This document shows, piece after piece, positions 19,571 through 31,798 of a stretch of 64,000 nt of DNA. Each line of letters starts with the position of its first letter. The stretch's first letter is position 1. The position numbers and the translations under genes were made by a program. The stretch spans positions 35,030,001 through 35,094,000 of the forward strand of contig CM022670.1 of the NCBI GenBank assembly GCA_012295275.1, given 5' to 3'. The notes beneath the pieces are model-generated. The model did not search any database. It saw nothing but the letters and a program-made list of their open reading frames with translations, and had not been told where the DNA came from. The stretch is from Chrysomallon squamiferum. Lineage: Eukaryota; Animalia; Mollusca.

Positions 19571-20373
19571 TCTGCAAATTAATGAACGTCAACGTTGACC
19601 GCAGCTTAACACGTGGGAACTGTCGCACCTGTTAGAAAATAGCAGACGATAGGAAATTGTCTTATAGTGTTAAACATATAACGCGACCTTTTGCTAAAAC
19701 CAGTTTATGAACAGCGGGCAGTGTGAAAAAGGCACATATTTGTAGATACATTAAGAATATCTTACACATGTCTGCCTTACTTTTGAACTAGACCAGTCCG
19801 TAAATGATATACTAATAAAAACAGACAATAATTTTCTCAGAATATTAAAATTTTCTAATATAAATTTACCTTATTCTTAAAGAGATACGTCTGTGAATAT
19901 ACTTTATTACTTTCCTTCAGATATTGACATGTTTGTGTCCTCTGTAAACAGTTAATTCAGTGAATTTAGAAAATTCTGAAAACGAGATATTGTTAATAAT
20001 GAACTATTTCTCAAAAACAGAAAATGTATTTTCTAATGTCTGAAGGAAGGATACTGTTTAAATAAAATTTATAATGGTGCAAGCAGTGTAAATATTGTAT
20101 TTTCAAGCAATTGTTTTATTTTTTACTGTTACTAGTCTTTGTTAATGATAAAGTAAGTCAATAAAATATCAAGTCATTTGATTTTAATATTTTTAATTTA
20201 ATTTAATTTAATTTAATTTAATTTATTTATTTTGTGATTTTGTGAAAATGATGTCAATAACAAAACTTTTGAAATGAGAAATGCGACAGAAATGTGACAG
20301 GAATATAAAATTAATAATCAGCAAGAAACAGTACAATATAATTATGACTAATGAACAAATAATTTTAAGGAAA

Positions 20374-20432
<59 letters not shown>

Positions 20433-21768
20433 TGTAGTAGTAGTAGTCGTCGTAGTAATAGTAGTAGTAGTAGCAGCAACAGCAGCAGCAGTAGTAGTAG
20501 CAGTAGTAATAGTAAACCCCAAACAATCTGAAATACTAGACTGCCTAATATTTTACATACATCATTTGTGTAACATTTATGGGTAACTTACGGTCTAAAA
20601 GGAAAACAAACATCTAGGACTAATAACAGGAACTTTTCCTGAGAACGACTGTGTGCTGTCGTTGTGTAAAACATTATCTGCAAGTCATTTTATCTCCGTT
20701 AATCACTACGTTCGCCTGACCTGAAACAATTATCTGAAAGCGATATATCGAATGCTTTTCAATCTATTATCTACCTTGACATACGTCATCCAGGATGTTG
20801 GCGTAAAAGAATGTGTGAAACTTGGCGATGCAACACAAGGGCGTGCATGTAAGTGCAAGTTATGATTTCTACATCTGGATGTATATAACAAACCATATAA
20901 GATAATTTTTATAATGTTACAGACACTGTTAATAGTTGCAGTTGATTTTGCTTCACACCGTAGAATGTCCCATGTCGTCGATGATTTTCTTTGTATCGTT
21001 TCACATTTACAAGATTTTGAACTTTCGTAAGGTGTGTTCAGTATTTAAAAAAAGGGGTGGATAGGAACACTGTTCGATATTATTAATGAGATGACAAATA
21101 TTTCAACATATTGGTAAGTTTATTTCTTATTGTTATTATTATTACTTTTATACTGACATGATCTACATCCATTCGATAAGCGGCCAGCTTATTTAGCATC
21201 ACCTAGTTTATGAGCATTAAAATCGATGTTTGAAATTACTGTATAATAAAAAATAGCTTGTTAAATATGATACTAATGATGTTAATAATGATAATAACAT
21301 AAAATTAAAATATCGAAATATCGATAACATAATGTAATGTGATGTAATGATATGTTGTAGTATATAATATTAAACCCTATCAGTGTAATGTAACAATGTT
21401 TACTTTGATTTGATGTAGTAAATAAAATAGTGTTAACACACTGCATATATCCTAAATTGAATTTCTTTGTTTTTATATATATATTTACATAAAATCATCA
21501 GTTTTGCTCATTCAAAAGGGACACAGTTATTTTACTAATATTCAAAATATTCATATTTATTTAACTGGTTTGTTCGGCATTTTAAACTGTTTAAAAAAGA
21601 CACAGTAAATTTAATTTAGGGTTGATAATTTAAACATTTGTTTTTTTTAAATGTATATATTCACACAGGTATGGTATATTTTAAGAAGAGATCAGAAATA
21701 GCTCTGGAGAATGATCGAAACGACGGAATGTGTCGTCTGATGGCCTGATAGTATTCAGTGAGTCCATC

Positions 21769-22476
21769 ATGCAGGCAGATTCTGTTTTACAGCGTTCTGT
21801 GTCATCACCAGCATGCGGTATGCTCGAACGTTTGGTTTCCTTGTCAACAACAGATCACATTCTGGAACGTTCTGTGTCATCACCAAATAAATGTGTAAGG
21901 TTACTAACAGTGGACATAATAAAAGGCGATATAACACAGGACTCGTCGCATGCAATTGTAAACTCGAGTGACAGCAAATTAGAAAACCCGAGAGGGGTAG
22001 GGCGATGTCTTATGAAGGCAGCTGGGAATGACGTTTCCAAGGAACTTAAAGACTATATAGAGGGAAAAACAGAACTTCCGTCGAAAAGTGTCCTGGTGAC
22101 CGGACCAGGATCTCTTAAATGTCGATATTTGTTCCATGCTATCGGACCGAGGTGGAAAAATTACAAAGACAAATCCATATGTTGTCGTGATTTGACTTTG
22201 ACAATAGTGAAATGTCTTTTTGAAGCTCACAGACGGAAATTAGCTTCCATAGCATTTCCTGCAGTTTGTGCTGGTAATCACATTTTATCCTTTAATTTTA
22301 TATCGGCAAAATCTGTAGTATATATGATATTTGTTTTAGATTATGTTATTAAAGGATGTACAAATTAGACTAGCAGGAACAATGTCATCATTATATAAAT
22401 ATATAGATAGGTAGAAAGGTAGGTAGGCAGGCAGACAGATAGATAGACAGACAGACAGAGAGCAAGAAAGTAGAAG

Positions 22477-22566
<90 letters not shown>

Positions 22567-23283
22567 GTGTTTTGGGAGGTTGACAGATAATAAGAACTTT
22601 CAACGATAAAGAATAATTATTACAGACAGGAGTATGTCAGACAGTGATATCACTGGTTTCATCATTCATTTACTTAAATAAACAGTTTATAAATAACAAC
22701 AACAACAACAACAAAAATATTTAGATGCAGTTTTGTCATTACACAAGGAAAGAATAATATTTTATAAATTTTAATTTTAAATTAGTGATTTTTTTTTTTT
22801 TTTAAATAATTTTATTTTGTTTTTGTATTGAAATTTTAGGCAACAGCGGAATCCCCAGAAAACTCTGTGCCGAAAGCTACGTCAGGGCTCTCAAGATTTT
22901 CGAATCGAAAATTTCCAGGGGTCCTTTGAGATTCGTCCGATTTATCGATGTGAAATCGAAAATGGTGGATTTGATTCAAAAACAGTTCGACGCCGAATGG
23001 GACGTACCTTACGATCCCGTTGTTGTCGACCCCTGGCAGATTGCTGAGATCATTGTTTGTAGCGAAGACCCTGTTAAAGTCAAGACGAAATCCGATACCT
23101 CGAATTCTGCTGACAGAATTAACGGATCTTCACTGGTTTCGCCAGTTTCAGGTTTTTGAACTTTTGCAGTTCTGATCACTGTCTTAACAGAAATTGTTTC
23201 TAAAACCTGAATAATCATTTTTGATTACTGTCAACATCATATCGTCTTCTTCTTCAGATTATTATTCGAAAAGAACTTGCTAA
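21769..23283 (+). CDS. Macrodomain-only protein (copy A), ~275-280 aa; Deltex C-terminal exons deleted
   Basis: Exons 21769-22273 and 22840-23151 are in frame: VDIIKGDITQDSSHAIVNSSD...VLVTGPGSLKCRYLFHAIGP...SIAFPAVCAG|NSGIPRKLCAESYVRALKIF...LRFVRFID. It ends either by read-through to TGA at 23159 or through a short exon 23258-23283 (DYYSKRTC*). The start Met is the first in-frame ATG after upstream stops, so it is uncertain. Confidence 0.75.
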
Positions 23284-23979
23284 ATTTGGAATAAAGGATG
23301 CTGAATAAATTTGACTGTTTCCCGTTCCAGCTTGTGCCATGACATCAAAAACCATTATATCCAGTCTGTGGGAAGGTAGACACAGAAGAACCTTTGTCGC
23401 TAAAATGTAGCCTAATCAGTGACAGCTTCTTTCATAACCAATACACACGTCTGATAGCAAGTATTATTAAGATATGTTAGAATGTCAATGATCATTTGGT
23501 AATCTAAATTTTACCAATGCATAAACATATCAGACTGATTCCTTTTTGAACTCCATTCTTACATGACGTCATAAGCTCTCTTCAGATGATCCATCAATGC
23601 ACGTAGTTTCCACTTACATGAAAACACTCTTGCTGATTTTCTGCTTTCTGAAGGAAGGATACTGTTTAAGTAAAATCTATAATGGTGCAAGTAGTGTAAA
23701 TATTGTATTTTCAAGTAAATGTTTTAATTTTACTGATACTAGTCTTTGTTAATGATAAAGAAAGTCAATAAAATATCAAGTCATTTGATTTTAATATTTT
23801 TTATTTTATTTTATTTTATTTTATTTATTTATTTTCTGATTTTGCGAAAATGATGTTAAGAACAAAACTTTTGAACTGATAAATGCGACAGAAATGTGAG
23901 AGGAATATAAAATTAACAGTCAACTCAATAAGAATAGTACTATAAAATTATGACTAATGAACAAATAATTAGAAGGAAA

Positions 23980-24030
<51 letters not shown>

Positions 24031-25577
24031 TTAGTAGTAGTAGTAGTAGTAGTCTTCGTAGTAATGGTAGTAGTAGTAGTAGTAGTAGTTGTACTAGTAA
24101 TAGTAAACCCCAAACAATCTGAAATACTAGACTGCCTAGTATTTTATATACATCATTTGTGTAACATTTATGGGTAACTTACGGACTAAAAGCAAAACAA
24201 ACATCTGGGACTAATAACAGGGAGTTTTTCTGAGAACTACTGTGTGCTGTCGTTGTGTAACACATTATCTGCATGTCATTTTATCTCCGTTATTAAAACT
24301 GTCCGTTAATCACTATGTTCACTTGACCTGACACGATTAAGTGAAAGCGATATCGAAAGTTTTTCAATCTATTATCTCCCTTGGCACATGTACCGAAAAC
24401 ATCCAGACCAGGAAGTGCACGTAAAAGAATGTGTGAAACCCTGGCGATGCAAGACGAGGGCGTGCATGTAAGTGCAAGTTATGATTTCTACATCTGGATG
24501 TATATAACAAACCATATATGATAACTTTTATAATGTTACAGACACTGTTAATAGTTGCATTTGATTTTGCTTCACACCGTAGAATGTCCCATGTCGTCGA
24601 TGATTTTCTTTGTATCGTTTCACATTTACAAGATTTTGAACTTTCGTAAGGTGTGTTCAGTATTAAAAAAAGAGGGGGCTAGTAACACTGTTCGATATTA
24701 TTAATGAGATTGACAAATACCTCAACATATTGGTAAGATTATTTCCTGTTGTTATTGTTATTACTTTCATGCTGACATGATCTACTTCTATTCGATAAAC
24801 GGCTAGCTTATTTAGCGTGTCCTAGTTCAGGAGCATGTAGTTAATTGTTGTTTACATATAGAATTAAAATCGATGTTTGAAATTACTGTATGATAAAAAA
24901 TAGCTTGTTAAATATCATACTAATGATGTTGATAATGATAATAACATAAAATTAAAATATCGAAATATCGACAATATAATGTAATGTGCTGTAATATTAA
25001 ACCCTATCAGTGTAATGTAATAAAGTTTACTTTGATTTGGTGTAGTAAATAAAATAGTGTTAACACACTGCATATATCCTAAATTGAATTTCTTTGTTTT
25101 TATATACATATTTACATAAAATCATCAGTTTTGCTCATTCAAAAGACATTGTTATTTTACTAATATTCAAAATATTCATATGTATTTAACTGGATCGTTA
25201 GGCATTTTAAACTGTTAAAAAATGCCAGTTAAGTCTAAATATATACTGCATACTTCCAAGTTAGGTTGCTTTTTTTTTACTTTTTCTGTCCATCATATCT
25301 TGAAAAATAACGCAAAATAGTAGATTTAAAAAATACTGTTAAGTACAATTTAAACTAAAATATTACGAAACAAACGCATTAAACCTATATTTTTATTTTA
25401 AGATAAAGATACAATAAATTTAATTTAGGGTTGATAATTTAAACATTTGTTTTTTTTAAATGTATATATTCACACAGGTATGGTATATTTTAAGAAGAGA
25501 TCAGAAATAGCTCTGGAGAATGATCGAAACGACAGAATGAATCGTCTGATGGCCTGACAGTATTCAGTGAGTCCACC

Positions 25578-26218
25578 ATGCAGGCAGATTCTGTTTTACA
25601 GCGTTCTGTGTCATCACCAGCATGCGGTATGCTCGAACGTTTGGTTTCCTTGTCAACAACAGATCACATTCTGGAACGTTCTGTGTCATCACCAAATAAA
25701 TGTGTAAGGTTACTAACAGTGGACATAATAAAAGGCGATATAACACAGGACTCGTCGCATGCAATTGTAAACTCGAGTGATAACAAATTAGAAAACCCGC
25801 GAGGGGTAGGGCGATGTCTTATGAAGGCAGCTGGGAATGACGTTTCCAAGGAACTTAAAGACTATATAGAGGGACAAACAGAACTTCCGTCGAAAAGTGT
25901 CCTGGTGACCGGACCAGGATCTCTTAAATGTCGATATCTGTTCCATGCTATCGGACCGACGTGGAAAAATTACAAAGACAAATCTAGATGTTGTCGTGAT
26001 TTGACTTTGACAATAGTGAAATGTCTTTTTGAAGCTCACAGACGGAAATTAGCTTCCATAGCATTTCCTGCAGTTTGTGCTGGTAATCACATTTTATCCT
26101 TTCATTTTATATCGGCAAAATCTGTAGTATGATATTTGTTTTAGATTATGTTATTAAAGGAATGTACAAATTAGACTAGCAGGAACAATGTCATCGTTAT
26201 ATAAATAGATAGATAGGT

Positions 26219-26280
<62 letters not shown>

Positions 26281-29063
26281 TGTGTGTGTGTGTGTGTGTG
26301 TTTGTGTGTGTGTGTTTTAGGGAGGTTGACAGTGAAAAAGTACATTCTTTTTATAAAATATAATTATTACAGTCAGGAAAAAGTATGTCTAAAAAGGTGT
26401 ATGCTTTGAAAGTGATATCATTGGTTTCATCATTTGCTATTTACTTAAATAAAGAGTTTGTAAATAACAACAACAACAAAAATATTTAGATGCAGTTTTG
26501 TCATTACACAAGAAAAGAACAATATTTTATAAATTTAAATTTTAAAAGTGTGATTTTATTATTATTTTTTTTAATAATTTTATTTTGCTTTTGTATTGAA
26601 ATTTTAGGCAACAGCGGAATTCCCCAAAACTCTGTGCCGAAAGCTACGTCAGGGCTCTCAAGATTTTCGAATCGAAAATTTCCAGGGGTCCTTTGAGATT
26701 CGTACGATTTATCGACGTGAAATCGAAAATGGTGGATTTGATTCAAAAACAGTTCGACGCCGAATGGGACATACCTTACGATCCCGTTGTTGTCGACCCC
26801 TGGCAGATTGCTGAGATCATTGTTTGTAGCGAAGACCATGTTAACGTCAAGACGAAAACCGATACATCGAATTCTGCTGCCAGAAGTAACGGATCTTCAC
26901 TGGTTTCGCCAGTTTCAGGTTTTTGAACTTTTGCAGTTTTGATCTCTGTCTTATCAGAAATAGTTTCTCAAACGTGAACAAGATGTCGTAAAGAAAGAAA
27001 ACAGAGAATGGTTTTAAATATATGCACTAGCTAAGAAAATACTACTATTACTACTGCTACTACTACTAATACTACTACTACTGTTACTGCTACTACTACT
27101 AATACTACTACTCTAATAATAATAATAATAATAATAAAAATAATAACTCCGGGTGTTAGATATAAACTATATTATATCAGCAACGGTTTTCTTATTAACA
27201 ACGTTAAATGGTGTTCAGAATTATACATGCTATTAATAATAAATTAATTTCCTGACTAAAATAATAACACCGGTTTAGTTAGATATAAAGTGGTATAATT
27301 ATAAAAATCACCAACGGTTTAGTGTTCATATGAATCAGAAACGATTTAAATGAAAATTTGTTTCAAAATTATGTTGCTAATTCAAACTGATTAAAAATCA
27401 GCATTGTTCACTGACTGTTGCATGGATTTAAACACGGTTTAGTTTATTTATTATTTTATTTTTTTGTTAGGGGTTAGTGGTTCTATAATTATGAAAAACA
27501 CCGAAACACTTATAGTCTAGTGTTAATGTACTGAATCTAGAACCATATTTAATTTTAAAATTTAGTTACAAACAGTAAAAATAATATCGACAATATAAAC
27601 AGTAATAAGAAAATATATTGTAACCCATCAATAATTAAAAAGAAGAAGAAATCATTAAACAACTTAATCAGCAAACAAAAACAAAAACAAAAAATTAAAA
27701 GAATTTTCATGACGTTTATTTATTTATTATTTTTTTTTTTTTCGTCCAAAAGACATGACAACAGCAATACTTGAAATTTCCCGTATTTTTTGTCGACATG
27801 AGTGAAATTTCCGACGTATACTGGAAAAACATATACCGAGAACTCTCTCTTATAATGACGTAATAAAAGTTTTATTCCGTTTTATTCAGGCCCTGTAGAT
27901 GTGAGTGGACCTGCAGATCCTATTATTCAGCAGTTTAAAACTGCATTTGAATTGAGACACAGCTCTGCTAATCAGTCTAGTCAGCGTGATGATGATGACG
28001 ATGGTGATGATCAGACTGGTTCGATGCCGCCAGGAATGATGTCATACACCGTCAAAAAAGGCCAGCTACCTGGTTTCCAGGGCAACGAACACATCGTTAT
28101 CGAATACAAGTTTAAGGACGGAGATCAGTCAGTACGTAACAAAACACAATTTTTAAAATATATTAAATATATGTGCGTGCGTGTGTGCGTGCGTGCGTCT
28201 CTCTGTGTGTGTGTTTGTGTGGGTGTCCGGTATTAGGATCGTATAACAATGGTAAAATAATTCTTTGGTGACAATTACTGTATAATGTGATAAATTGCAA
28301 TAATTATATGATGTGTCTGGTCCTGTTTTTATGTAGTAATTGTTTTTATATTTATTCTACACCTTCTTCACCTTCTTCTTCTTACTTTCTACTACAACTA
28401 TTATTATTATTATTATTATTATTGTTATTATTATTGTTGTTGTTATTGTTATTATTATTATAACTGTTGTTACTTGATAATATATTACTATAGTGATATG
28501 TTTCAGTTCAATCATCCAAGACCTGGTCTGAAATACACAGGAAACACGTTTTATTCTTACCTTCCACATACCTCAGAAGGATTTTTAATTCTGAAGTTAC
28601 TGCAGAAAGCGTTTGAAAGAAGACTTCTGTTTGCCATTGGCAAAGCTAATCCATACAGTGATGAATACACTGTGACATGGGCAAACATCAGCCAGAAACG
28701 AAACGAAACCGGCGGTCGAGCAAGGTAGAACTGTTTTATTATTGAAAGAATAATGGTTAAGGATCACGAAGATCAGCTGTTTAGTTCATTCATGTTATAA
28801 TAGAAAATCTATTAGTTGTAGTTAAAGTAAGATATAGGATAAGTTAAAGAAACTGATTTGCCCATAATAATTATTTTTACTCAAGATGTTTTTCTTACTG
28901 ATAAATGTATTAATTGTGAAATATAAACTTTCTTTTTGTTCGTTTTATAAGTTGTGATCATCGTCATAATCATTTTTGATTATTGTCATCATCATCATCA
29001 CCAACTTCTTCTTCTTCAGATTACTACTACTATTACTATTGTTACTACTACTACTACTATTAC

Positions 29064-29110
<47 letters not shown>

Positions 29111-29193
29111 GCAGATATGGCTATCCTGATCCAGACTATTTCACCAGAGTTAGAAAAGAACTTGCTAAATTTGGAATCACGGATCCTGAATAA
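25578..29193 (+). CDS. Macrodomain + Deltex C-terminal (DTC) domain protein without a RING (copy B; DTX3L/PARP9-related domains), ~451 aa if a 1-nt frameshift at 26626-26629 is repaired
   Basis: Exons 25578-26082, 26608-26918, 27890-28131, 28507-28724, 29115-29193. DTC hallmarks: GSMPPGMM, LPGFQGNEHIVIEYKFKDGDQ, HPRPGLKYTG, YLPHTSEGFLILKLLQKAFERRLLFAIG, YGYPDPDYFTRVRKELAKFGI. As assembled, it stops at 26696 (197 aa). Confidence 0.82.
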
Positions 29194-30242
29194 ATTTTAC
29201 TGTTTCCCGTTCCAGCTTGTCCCGTGACATCGAAAACCATGGTGCATTATATCCTGTCTGTGGGAAGGTAGACACAGAAGAACCTTTGTCGCTAAAATGT
29301 AGCCTATTCAGTGACAGCTTCTTTCATAACCAATAAACACGACTGACAGCCAGTAACATCAAATATTAAGATATGTTAGTATTTCAATGAACATTTGGTA
29401 ATCTAATTTTTTTTTTTTTTGTTTTACCAATGCCTAAACATATCAGACTGATTCCTTTTTGAACTCCATTCTTACATGACGTCATAAGCTCTCTTCAGAT
29501 GATCCATCAATGCACGTAATTTCCACTTACAAGAAAACACTGTTGCTGATTCGAAAGTTTGAAACAACATATCGTCATGGAAACCGTCATGAATTAAACT
29601 GTAAACTTCATAACACATGTTGTAAACAATTAATATCGCTAAAAATCTAATAAAAATAACACGAAAAGCTATTCTGGACTCCATTCAGTATCAGACGGAT
29701 AGCTTATTAAAGTTCGTGAAATATTTTTCATGTTTATGTGATGGAAAAATACAAGATCTTTTTTAGCTAATCGAAAACGTGATTCCTTGTTTACCGGCAG
29801 CTGATTTCCCCCGTGATTATATATCATTTTTATTCATATTTATTATCAGACATTATCGTAAACGTTTTTAGTGCATCGTAAAATTAAAGATTTCATTCTT
29901 AATTAAGAACCAAAATAATTTTAGTCTAAGTATATGATTCATTATGATGGCTAGGGAAGTCCCTCAGTCTGTAAAGATTTTGCATGAAATAAATCTTCAT
30001 ATTCTGATTTAAGTATATCGTTGTGGCTTTCTGTTTAGTTTAAAATTTGACATGTAATTAAAACTAACGATAACAAAAGCAAAGATTAGTAAAAGCGGAT
30101 TCCGATTTAAGTCTAGCTAAGACAAATTCTACATAAAACTTTGTAATTATAAGAAACAGCCTGTTAAGTCTGATATAACACGTAGCCAGAGTTAATTAAT
30201 GACAATAACCTGGATAATTATATGAAATATTACTGAAATTAT

Positions 30243-31345
<1,103 letters not shown>

Positions 31346-31630
31346 TTCTGTTTTCGTATTAGTTTTTATAAAAGATTCCTTAATCGAAAAAAGCACAGAT
31401 CGTAGACTGGTGGTTTCCTTTCTCATAATTATAAATGCACATAACAGGAAAGCATCCCATACTCAGCACCGTCTTTACAGCATCCCTGACAAAGTAATGG
31501 ACTACTCAGACAACCATGAACAGTGTGCTTACAGCAATCCAGCACACATGAATTGCGTGGGCCCCCAGACCAGTGAATTCCTGGGCAGCTGACTCGTGTA
31601 CCGGTACCCATGCCTTAAAACGGTCCTGCA

Positions 31631-31798
31631 CAAACTCGATGACGTATTGACTACACTCGATGACGTATTGACCAAACTCCATGACGTATTGACCACACTC
31701 GATGACGTATTGACCAAACTCGATGACGTATTGACCAAACTCGATGACGTATTGACCACACTCGATGACGTATTGACCAAACTCGATGACGTATTGAC
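31631..31798. repeat. 21-bp minisatellite, 8 copies (CA[A/C]ACTCGATGACGTATTGAC)
   Basis: Eight head-to-tail units with at most a couple of substitutions each and no spacers. Confidence 0.95.

Larger units (their letters stand above)
20039..29550 (+). repeat. Tandem segmental duplication: copy A ~20039-23640, copy B ~23647-29550
   Basis: TCTGAAGGAAGGATACTGTTTA starts both units (20039 and 23647). Upstream region, exons, introns and 3' region are colinear and highly similar; both end near ...ACACT[C/G]TTGCTGATT. Confidence 0.92.

Noticed and set aside
21767-22230. Antisense ORFs over the macro exons (also 25564-26039)
   Set aside because: They are shadow frames of the real + strand coding exon, with no recognisable protein features.
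25490-25525. In-frame TGA upstream of the macro ORF as possible selenocysteine or readthrough
   Set aside because: An in-frame TAA lies a few codons further upstream, and I recognised no SECIS-like element.
26919-27889. Hidden RING-finger exon in the intron between the macro and DTC exons
   Set aside because: The sequence is AT-rich and low-complexity, and I found no Cys/His-patterned frame between splice sites.
31631-31798. Possible CRISPR array
   Set aside because: Units are head-to-tail with no unique spacers, there are no cas genes, and the context is eukaryotic.
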